DNA from: Planctomycetota bacterium
GTDB taxonomy: Bacteria > Planctomycetota > UBA11346
DNA length: 12,855 nt
NCBI GenBank assembly: GCA_038213805.1
Contig: JBBQSO010000121.1
Location: 1 to 12,855 of the forward strand
Direction of reading: 5' to 3'
Below the pieces are notes generated by a model that worked only from the letters and a program-made list of their open reading frames with translations, did not search any database and was not told where the DNA came from. Positions 1 to 6,601 of the stretch are shown in pieces. A program made the position numbers and the translations under genes. The first letter of the stretch is position 1. Each line of letters begins with the position of its first letter.

Positions 1-115
1 GATTCGAAGGGCTTCCGCAATGCAGTTTCTGCCTGGAAAGCAGTGGGCGGCACAGTCCCGTAGCTATTTCTGACTGCACTGCGACTGCTGAGGATTAGCG
101 TCAATCCGAGCTACT

Positions 116-658
116 ATGGCAGCACGGATTGACGCTCACCACCAAAGCATTGAGCTAGTATGGACGGGGCCAGCCACCTCGTTCATCCCGATGCGGAGGA
201 CGGAGCAGGTTGTCCAACGGGTCATAGATGCGGCGAAGGATCGCCTACTGTTGACCAGCTACGCCTTCGTCAATCCCGAGGGCCTTGCTTCCAGTTTACG
301 AGCTGCAGCAGCACGAGGCGTAGCCATTACGGCCATCCTCGAACCACCAAAGTCCCGCGGTGGTTCGATTGATCACGATCCTGCGGCCAACTTCAGGACA
401 ATCGTACCGTCAGCCAAGGTCCTTGAGTGGACCACAGCATCAAAAACCAGGAGCGACCTTCCACCCGGCGGTTGCCTGCACGCAAAGATCGCCCTTTCCG
501 ATGCAAGCGCGGTATTCATCTCTAGCGCCAACTTCACTGGCAAGGCGATGGATAAGAATATGGAAATGGGCGTGCTCATTGTAGGCGGATCCCACCCCCA
601 CGCATTGAGGAAGCATTTCGAAGCTCTTATTGAACGCGGTTTCTTCGATTGCACATGA
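116..658 (+). CDS. drmC: Phospholipase D-family nuclease, DISARM DrmC-like; probably 5'-truncated or disrupted
   Basis: Single HKD motif LHAKIALSD followed by ISSANFT and NMEMGVLI; N-terminal ELVWTGP...RRTEQV and LLLTSY segments as in DrmC-like proteins. No clear SD before ATG116, and all three + frames have a stop between 61 and 98. Confidence 0.75.
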   Translation: MAARIDAHHQSIELVWTGPATSFIPMRRTEQVVQRVIDAAKDRLLLTSYAFVNPEGLASSLRAAAARGVAITAILEPPKSRGGSIDHDPAANFRTIVPSAKVLEWTTASKTRSDLPPGGCLHAKIALSDASAVFISSANFTGKAMDKNMEMGVLIVGGSHPHALRKHFEALIERGFFDCT

Positions 659-927
659 ATCTCAGCCTCATTAAGCAAGAGTATTGACGCCTTGATAGTG
701 TGCGTTCAACCATGAGTACTAGAGGACGGAAATCCGCATCGATAAAATCGCGCGCTAAGGAGGTCCCATGGTCTGCGTCCCACCACGCGTACACTTGACT
801 GGAGGCAAGGTATGGACAGGCAATAAAGTCCACCTCCACAACGCCCACCATTTTCCAATCGACGGTCGAACCGAAGTACAACCTCCCACTTCTGTGGCAG
901 GAGATCCGCCGCGCCTCCCCCAAAACC

Positions 928-963
928 AAAAAAAACCTGCCACGACTCACATCGCAGCAGGCT
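928..963 (-). terminator. Intrinsic terminator, duplicate of the tRNA-Gln terminator
   Basis: Minus strand GCCTGCTGCGA-TGTGAG-TCGTGGCAGG followed by T8. Confidence 0.75.
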
Positions 964-968
964 CTCAT

Positions 969-991
969 TGGTTGAGGTACAGGGATTCGAA
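969..991 (-). pseudogene. tRNA-Gln 3' fragment from the T-loop to CCA (att core)
   Basis: Minus strand TTCGAATCCCTGTACCTCAACCA, 22/23 identical to the tRNA 3' end at 3310-3332. Identity stops at the T-loop. Confidence 0.92.
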
Positions 992-1148
992 GGCGAGCCA
1001 GAACGGCAGGCAACATCGGTTTATATCAGCCTATATGGAGTGAATTCACGCACTTAGATGGCCATACTGGCGCCACTCGGATTTCGACGCCAGAGGCTAT
1101 TTTACCCCCCTTATGGGCCGGCCGTGGGACCAGGATGTGACGATCAGG

Positions 1149-1188
1149 ACAGGATGCCGCCGGGTGGGCGGCATCCTGTTTATCTTTT
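1149..1188 (+). terminator. Perfect 13-bp hairpin with T-rich tail, terminator-like
   Basis: ACAGGATGCCGCC (1149-1161), loop GGGTG, GGCGGCATCCTGT (1167-1179), then TTATCTTTT. Confidence 0.65.
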
Positions 1189-1587
1189 ACCGCGAGCGGT
1201 CAGGTATCCATTCGCCATCCGACTGCCGCGCGGGCCGCCGCGGGAGCGGTCCATCAGGGCCGCAGGGCCGTCAGCCTCGAAGCGGGCCCTCCATGCATAC
1301 AAGGTGTGCTTCGAGACGCCCACTAGCGGAGCGAAGTCGCCGGCCGGCAGGCCGCTCTTCATCCAGGCGTCCAAGACCAGCGGCCGCTACGCCGGCGTCA
1401 GCTGCGCTTGGCTGGCTGCCACCTCCGGCGCCACCATCTGGCGGCCGCGCCGTGGGGCGCCCGGCCGTCGGCCGGTCAGCGCGGGCGCGCTCACCACTTC
1501 TTCCGGCCCGTGGGTGGCCACCTCCTCAATCGGCTCGATGGGCGGGACTGGGGTGATCGGGGTGTTCTGAAGGTGGCTCTTGGCCAC
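1180..1587 (-). pseudogene. Transposase N-terminal helix-turn-helix fragment (IS481/TnsB-like DDE type), with internal stop and truncation
   Basis: ORFs 1387-1587 and 1180-1374 are one frame split by TAG at 1387-1389: LTPA*RPLVLDAWMKSGLPAGDFAPLVGVSKHTLYAWRARFEADGPAALMDRSRG. VS..TLY.W..RF...G.AAL.DRSR is the typical HTH pattern of such transposases. Similarity appears to end near 1216; no DDE domain. Confidence 0.8.
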
Positions 1588-1735
1588 TCCCTCTGGCGGC
1601 TACGCCGCCGGTGGGAGCAGGGGAGTTCCTCTAGCTGACTTCAGGAATGGAACGTGATGCAATCTGGCGAGGAGGACCCGACATCCACCGACCGAGAGCG
1701 TAGCACTCCTGTGGCCCTGACCGTGCATGGCTCAT

Positions 1736-1764
1736 CTGACATTTATCCTTTCCAAAAGGATAAT
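1736..1764 (+). promoter_or_regulatory. Putative sigma70 promoter with overlapping palindromic operator-like site upstream of the ATPase
   Basis: CTGACA (1736-1741), 17-bp spacer, GATAAT (1759-1764). Perfect inverted repeat TTATCCTTT-cca-AAAGGATAA (1743-1763). Confidence 0.6.
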
Positions 1765-1785
1765 ATATGAGTAAACCCACCTCTC

Positions 1786-3117
1786 ATGAGTGATATTAGA
1801 GCGATCCTCCGCCAGCGCATCACCGATGCCCTGACGATGCCCATCCCCGCGCTGACCAAGCGTGATGTCCAGTTGCCCAAGGTGTCAGGGAAGGCGCACG
1901 CCGTCATCGGCATGCGCCGCAGCGGCAAGTCGACGTTCCTGTGGCAGTGCCTTGCCGAGCGCTTGGCCGCTGGTTCGCCACGCGAGGCCCTGCTGTACCT
2001 CAATCTGGAGGATGAGCGGCTGATCGGTATGACCGCCATCGACTTGGGCGGAGTGATCGAAGAATGGTTCCGCCAGATCCCCGGCATCCGCGACCGGACG
2101 CGCGCGACGTTGTTTCTCGACGAGGTCCAACTCATCCCCGGCTGGGAGACCGTTGCCCGCCGGATCATCGACCAGGAGCAGATCGACCTTTTCCTGTCGG
2201 GCTCGTCTGCTCATCTGCTGAGTTCCGAGATCGCCACCAGCATGCGCGGTCGGGCGCTGCCGACGACGATCTACCCGTTCAGTTTCCGCGAGACGCTGCG
2301 CCATGCCGGCCTGGAACCGGCCAAGTCCTGGAATCGCTTGCCCAAGGCCGGGCGCTCCGACCTCGATGCACGCCTGCGTCAGTACCTGCTGGCCGGAGGG
2401 TTCCCTGAGGTCCAGGGCGTACCCGATCGCGACCGCGCGGCGTTATTGCGCAGCTACGTCGATGTCGCTGTCCTGCGCGATGTCATCGAGCGGCACGCCG
2501 TCTCGCACCCGGTCGCGCTGCGCTGGCTGCAACGCCATCTGCTGTCCACGGCCGGCGGCCTGTTCAGTGTGCAGAAGTGCTGGGACACGATGCGCTCGCA
2601 GGGCTTGGCGGTGGGCAAGGACAGCGTCCATGCGTGGCTCGCCCATCTTGAGGACTGCTTCCTCATTCGCACCCTGAGCGTCGCCACGACCAGCGAACGG
2701 CGGCGCATGGTCAACCCGCGCAAGTCGTACCCCATCGACCCCGGCCTGATTCAGGTCTGGTCGCGGTCACCCGAGGCTCAGACCGGCCACGCCCTGGAGA
2801 CCGCCGTGCTCATCGAACTGCTGCGCCGTGGGCAGGACGTGGATTATGTGAAGACCGACGAAAGTCAGGAGATCGACTTCCTGGCGCGGGATCACACCGG
2901 CAAGGAGACGCTGATCCAGGTCGCCAGCGACACCACGGATGCGGAAACGCTAGCTCGCGAAGCCAGGTCGCTGCTGGCGGAGTCGCTGCGCAGGCCGAAT
3001 GCAGAAGCATTGCTCATCACCATGGATGCCCTGCCGCCCAAGGTGCCGGCAGGGGTGAAGTGGGTGGCAGCGGGGGAGTGGCTGCTTGCGATTGGTGACG
3101 AGGAACGCGCACGCTAA
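1786..3117 (+). CDS. AAA+ ATPase (AAA_14) with DUF4143 and PD-(D/E)XK-like C-terminus, COG1373-like, 443 aa
   Basis: Walker A GMRRSGKST, YLNLEDER, Walker B LFLDEVQ, LSGSSA, MRGR, GGFPE, KSYPIDPGL, LETAV, EIDFL...LIQV. Confidence 0.92.
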   Translation: MSDIRAILRQRITDALTMPIPALTKRDVQLPKVSGKAHAVIGMRRSGKSTFLWQCLAERLAAGSPREALLYLNLEDERLIGMTAIDLGGVIEEWFRQIPGIRDRTRATLFLDEVQLIPGWETVARRIIDQEQIDLFLSGSSAHLLSSEIATSMRGRALPTTIYPFSFRETLRHAGLEPAKSWNRLPKAGRSDLDARLRQYLLAGGFPEVQGVPDRDRAALLRSYVDVAVLRDVIERHAVSHPVALRWLQRHLLSTAGGLFSVQKCWDTMRSQGLAVGKDSVHAWLAHLEDCFLIRTLSVATTSERRRMVNPRKSYPIDPGLIQVWSRSPEAQTGHALETAVLIELLRRGQDVDYVKTDESQEIDFLARDHTGKETLIQVASDTTDAETLAREARSLLAESLRRPNAEALLITMDALPPKVPAGVKWVAAGEWLLAIGDEERAR

Positions 3118-3152
3118 ATAACGTTCGTCAATAAAAACTGTGTGCGGTAAGA

Positions 3153-3332
3153 TATGGACAGGCAATAAAGTCCACCTCCACAACGCCCACCATTTTCCAA
3201 TCACCGGTCGAACCGAAGCACAACCTCCCACTTCTCTGGCGGGAGATCCGCCGCGCCTTCCCCAAAACCAAAAAAACCTGCCACGACTCACATCGCAGCA
3301 GGCTCTCATTGGTTGGGGTACAGGGATTCGAA
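3153..3332. repeat. Direct repeat copy 2 (tRNA-proximal att-like site)
   Basis: Matches 811-991 and overlaps the last 23 nt of the intact tRNA. Confidence 0.97.
3270..3304 (-). terminator. Intrinsic terminator of tRNA-Gln
   Basis: GC-rich hairpin GCCTGCTGCGA/TCGTGGCAGGT running into T7, a few nt after the CCA end. Confidence 0.85.
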
Positions 3333-3383
3333 CCCCGACAGGCAGAGTCAGAGTCTGCAGTCCTACCGTTAGACGATACCCCA
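3310..3383 (-). tRNA. tRNA-Gln, anticodon CTG, 74 nt, CCA encoded
   Basis: Minus strand folds as a cloverleaf: TGGGGTA TC GTCTAACGGTAGGAC T GCAGA-CTCTGAC-TCTGC CTGT CGGGG-TTCGAAT-CCCTG TACCCCA A CCA. U1-A72 pair typical of bacterial tRNA-Gln. Confidence 0.97.
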
Positions 3384-3398
3384 ATGCCGGAGGGACGG

Positions 3399-3425
3399 AT
3401 TCTGGGGCGAAGGCCCTGCGGTCAA
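3399..3425 (-). promoter_or_regulatory. Possible tRNA promoter
   Basis: TTGACC (3425-3420) and CAGAAT (3404-3399), followed by GC-rich sequence. The spacer is only 15 bp. Confidence 0.4.
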
Positions 3426-3450
3426 GGGGCGGCCAGGGCTGGCTCGCTAC

Positions 3451-4410
3451 CTAATGCGGGGGCGGGGGCTTGGCGGGGGCGGCCCGGTCCTGGGCGACGA
3501 TGCCGGCGCGGTCCTGCCAGACCCGGGCGTCGGCGGAGTCGCCGCGGCGCTGGGCGAGTTCGGCAAGGTGCCGGGCGATGCCGGCGGTGGGGTCGCACTC
3601 GTAGGCGCGCAGGTAGGCGCGGCGCGCGTCTTCGAGGCGGCCGGCGGTGGTGGCGAGGTCGCCCAGCAGCTCATAGGCCCAGCCGGAGTTGGGTTCCTGC
3701 GCCAGGTAGCGGCCGGACAGGCGCTCGGCGAGGTCGCCGTCGCGCGCCTGGGCGGCGAGCTCGATGCGGGTGCGCAGGCTGGCGAGGTGGTCGGGGTCGC
3801 GGCGCAGGGCCTCGTCGATGAAGGCGGTGCCGCGCTGGCGGTCGCCGCGCATCAGGGTGGTGATGCCCTGGCCGTAGGGCCCCCACGGCGCCTGGGGCGC
3901 GAGGTGGTCGAGGTCGGCGAAGACGCTCTCGGCGGCGGCCAGGCGCTTGAGGCGCATGTAGGTTTGCGCCAGCAGCACGCGCGGCTCGATCCAGTAGCCG
4001 CTCGCGGCGATGGCCCGGTTGCACCACGGCACGGCCTCTTCGAAGTGCGACTGCTGGTAGAGCAGCCGCGCCTGGAGCAGGAACGCCACCGGGTGGGTGC
4101 CGCCCGCGGCAAGCACCGCCTTCAGCTTCGCGCGCGCCTGGTCGTAGAGGTCGTCCTCCATCAGCTGCTGGATCTCGTCCATCTGCCGCGCCTCGGCGAG
4201 GGTCGCGGCGGAGGGCTTGTCGTCGTTGCGGAACACACTGCGGCTGAAGGCCGACGAGATGCTGCCGGAGTTGGTCGAGCCGCGATCGATGGGCGTGGCG
4301 GGCGTCGGGGCGACCGCCGGCTTGGCCGCGGTGGCGGGGGCGAGCGCGTCGCGACCGCAGGCGGCCAGCGCCAAGCAGGCGGCGGCGAAAGCAGCGGCGC
4401 GCACGTTCAC
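3451..4410 (-). CDS. TPR-repeat lipoprotein (~319 aa)
   Basis: GTG at 4410 overlaps the upstream TGA (GTGA). Signal peptide with lipobox LAAC. Several TPR-like units, e.g. WAYELLGDLATTAGRLEDARRAYLRAYECDP. Confidence 0.85.
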   Translation of the reverse strand: MNVRAAAFAAACLALAACGRDALAPATAAKPAVAPTPATPIDRGSTNSGSISSAFSRSVFRNDDKPSAATLAEARQMDEIQQLMEDDLYDQARAKLKAVLAAGGTHPVAFLLQARLLYQQSHFEEAVPWCNRAIAASGYWIEPRVLLAQTYMRLKRLAAAESVFADLDHLAPQAPWGPYGQGITTLMRGDRQRGTAFIDEALRRDPDHLASLRTRIELAAQARDGDLAERLSGRYLAQEPNSGWAYELLGDLATTAGRLEDARRAYLRAYECDPTAGIARHLAELAQRRGDSADARVWQDRAGIVAQDRAAPAKPPPPH

Positions 4411-5660
4411 AGCGCCGACCCCAGCGCGGCCGCCATGGCGGCGGCCTTGGCGTGGACCTCGTCCCATTCGGCATCGGCGGCGGAGTCGGCGACGATGCCA
4501 CCGCCTGCATCCAGACGCACCGCATCGCCGTCGATGACCAGGGTGCGGATCGCCACCGCCAGCGCGGCGTCGCCACCGCCCAGCCAGCCGAAGGCGCCGC
4601 AGTAGGGCCCGCGCGGGCCGGCCTCGAGCTCGGCGATGATCTGCATGGCGCGCAGCTTCGGCGCTCCGGTGATCGAGCCAGCGGGAAATGCCGCAGCTAT
4701 CGCATCGGCAGCGCCCCGTCCCGGCGCCAGGCGCGCGGCGATGCGCGCCACCAGATGATGGACATAGGGCAGGTCAAGCACGCGCGCCGCGGTGGCCACG
4801 CGCACGCTGCCCGGCAGCGCGACGCGGCCGAGGTCGTTGCGCACCAGGTCGACGATCATCGCCAGTTCTGCGCGGTCCTTGTCCGCGCCGAGCAGCGCGG
4901 CGCGCGTCGCTGTCTCGGCGCCGGCCACGCGTCGGCGCGTGCCTTTGATCGGCGCGCTGGCCAGCGCGCCGCCGCGCGCGGCCAGGAAGCACTCCGGGCT
5001 GTGGCTGACCACGCTGCGGCCCGCGGCGCCGCGGAAGAACGCGGCGAAGGGCGCCGGACTGGCCGCGGCCAGGGCCAGGAACAGCGCCAGGTCGCGGTGC
5101 GCGCCCGCCTGCAGCGTGGCGCGGAAGGGCACGGTGAGGTTGGCCTGGTAGATGTCGCCGGCGGCGATGTAGGTGCGGATGCGCGCGACGCGCTCACGGT
5201 GCCCGGCCGTTTCCCACGCGGGCAGCAGTGGCGTGGCGAGGCGCGGCAGCGCGAGGGGCGTGGGTGCGCGCGCCAGGCCGGCGCGCAGGTGGGCGAAGCC
5301 GGCCTCGTCCGCCGCGTGCAGCGTGCAGCGTCCCTGGGGGTCCCAGGCGGCGAAGGCCGGCGCCGGCCACGCCCAGCCGGGCACGGCGGGGAATTCGTAG
5401 TCGAGCTGGACGAACGCGCCGCCGGGGAACCCGGCGGCCCAGGCCTCGTCCGGCGCGTCCTCTGTGCTCGCGACGCCGGCGCCCGCGCCCACCCACCGCG
5501 CCAGGGCATGGTGGTCGGCGATCGCCTGCGGGGCGCTGCCCCAGGTCGCATAGCTCCAGCCCAGCCCTCCTGCGTGCAGCACGGCAAGGTGCGGCTGGTC
5601 GGCGAGGCGCAACAGCGCGTCGCTGAGCGGCAGCGCCGGGCCGGGCTGCGTATGCTTCAC
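4407..5660 (-). CDS. pabB: Aminodeoxychorismate synthase component I (chorismate-binding MST family)
   Basis: GDIYQANL, SPECF, PIKGTR (Lys typical of PabB; TrpE has PIAGT), AELAMIVDLVRNDLGRV, FPAGSITGAPK, RGPYCG, AIRT, AGGGIVADS. GTG start overlaps the nadC stop. Confidence 0.85.
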   Translation of the reverse strand: MKHTQPGPALPLSDALLRLADQPHLAVLHAGGLGWSYATWGSAPQAIADHHALARWVGAGAGVASTEDAPDEAWAAGFPGGAFVQLDYEFPAVPGWAWPAPAFAAWDPQGRCTLHAADEAGFAHLRAGLARAPTPLALPRLATPLLPAWETAGHRERVARIRTYIAAGDIYQANLTVPFRATLQAGAHRDLALFLALAAASPAPFAAFFRGAAGRSVVSHSPECFLAARGGALASAPIKGTRRRVAGAETATRAALLGADKDRAELAMIVDLVRNDLGRVALPGSVRVATAARVLDLPYVHHLVARIAARLAPGRGAADAIAAAFPAGSITGAPKLRAMQIIAELEAGPRGPYCGAFGWLGGGDAALAVAIRTLVIDGDAVRLDAGGGIVADSAADAEWDEVHAKAAAMAAALGSAL

Positions 5661-6586
5661 GACGCCAGCGGTTCCGGCACGCAGCGCAGTGACAGGTCGA
5701 GCGCCTGCACCGAATGCGTGAGCGCGCCGGTCGAGATGCGCTCGACGCCGCTTTCCGCGTAGCTGCGAATGGTGTCGAGGGTGATGCCGCCGGAGGCTTC
5801 GAGGTCGACGCGCGGCCGGGTCGCGCCGCTGGGCGCGGCGAGCGCGCGGTCGCGCAGCGCCACTGCCGCGCGCAGCGCGTCGGGGCCAAGATTGTCGAGC
5901 AGCACGATATCGGCACCCGCTTGGATCGCCGGCACCAGGTCGTCGAGGCGCTCGACTTCGACTTCGATCATCGCGCCGGCGCCGAGCGCGGCGCGTGCGC
6001 GCCGCACCGCCTCTGCCGGGCCGCTGCCAAAAGGGCCGGGCGGCATCAGCGCGATGTGGTTCTCTTTGATCAGCACCTGGTCGTAGAGCCCGATGCGGTG
6101 ATTGCGCGCGCCGCCGCTGACCACCGCATGCTTCTCAAGCAGGCGCAGCCCCGGCGTGGTCTTGCGCGTGTCGTAGACGCCGGCGCGCGTGCCGGCCACC
6201 GCCGCGACGTAGCGACTGGCCATGGTCGCGGTGCCCGACAGGCGCTGGCAGAGGTTGAGCGCGGTGCGCTCGCCGATCAGCAGTGTCGCGGCGTCGCCGC
6301 GGCAGCGCAGCACTTCGTCGCCGGGCGCCACGGCGGTGCCGTCGGGTGCCGCCATGGCGACCGTGACTGCGCGCGCTGGATCGGCGGCGGCGATGCGGTC
6401 GAAGACCATTTGGAACAGGGCCAGGCCGCATACCACGCCGGGCGCTTTCGCGCGCACCACGCCGCTCAGGCGCGCGGTCGGCGGGACCAGCACGCGGCAG
6501 GTCAGGTCGCCGGTGGCGCGCAGGTCCTCCAGCAGGGCCTGCGCGATGACGGCGGCGGTGTCGGGGTGGGCGTAGGGGTCAGTCAT
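5657..6586 (-). CDS. nadC: Nicotinate-nucleotide diphosphorylase (quinolinate phosphoribosyltransferase)
   Basis: AL.ED...GDLT, ERTALN, DTRKTTPGLR, NHRIGLYD..LIKENH, IEVEVE, ADIVLLDN, EASGGITL, ISTGALTHS. Confidence 0.97.
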   Translation of the reverse strand: MTDPYAHPDTAAVIAQALLEDLRATGDLTCRVLVPPTARLSGVVRAKAPGVVCGLALFQMVFDRIAAADPARAVTVAMAAPDGTAVAPGDEVLRCRGDAATLLIGERTALNLCQRLSGTATMASRYVAAVAGTRAGVYDTRKTTPGLRLLEKHAVVSGGARNHRIGLYDQVLIKENHIALMPPGPFGSGPAEAVRRARAALGAGAMIEVEVERLDDLVPAIQAGADIVLLDNLGPDALRAAVALRDRALAAPSGATRPRVDLEASGGITLDTIRSYAESGVERISTGALTHSVQALDLSLRCVPEPLAS

Positions 6587-6601
6587 CGCGAGGCTCCGTC
6601 A

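Larger units (their letters stand above)
811..991. repeat. Direct repeat copy 1 (outer att-like site): arm-like region, terminator and displaced tRNA-Gln 3' end
   Basis: Hand alignment to 3153-3332: 7 substitutions (861, 862, 877, 894, 899, 917, 975) and one A-tract indel (A8 vs A7). Weak similarity extends left to 804/3146. Confidence 0.97.
992..3332. mobile_element. Genomic islet (~2.34 kb, no integrase) integrated in tRNA-Gln
   Basis: Bounded by the intact tRNA and its displaced 3' fragment. Contains a transposase remnant and an ATPase gene; no recombinase ORF in the six-frame track. Confidence 0.8.

Noticed and set aside
712..798. 28-codon basic ORF MSTRGRKSASIKSRAKEVPWSASHHAYT
   Set aside because: No SD, only a partial promoter (TTGACG with no good -10) and no recognisable family.
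627..1016. Similar minus-strand ORFs at 627-1016 and 2950-3384
   Set aside because: Their similarity is just translation of the DNA repeat and tRNA.
768..1043. 91-aa ORF preceded by a perfect SD (TAAGGAGGT, 756-764)
   Set aside because: It runs through the att repeat, terminator and tRNA fragment, the other copy is frameshifted at the A tract, the SD spacing is short and there are no recognisable motifs.
1136..1147. TGTGACGATCAG as the second IS terminal repeat
   Set aside because: Poor match to TGTCAGATGAG, and the flanks (CAGGA vs TTTAT) show no target-site duplication.
1387..1389. In-frame TAG in the transposase as programmed readthrough or suppression by the nearby tRNA-Gln
   Set aside because: The tRNA anticodon is CTG, not CTA, and the gene is also truncated. 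A simple nonsense mutation, probably CAG to TAG, is sufficient.
811..3332. Repeat pair as a CRISPR array or integron attC sites
   Set aside because: Only two long copies 2.3 kb apart. They contain a tRNA end, with no repeat-spacer periodicity or attC-like box structure.
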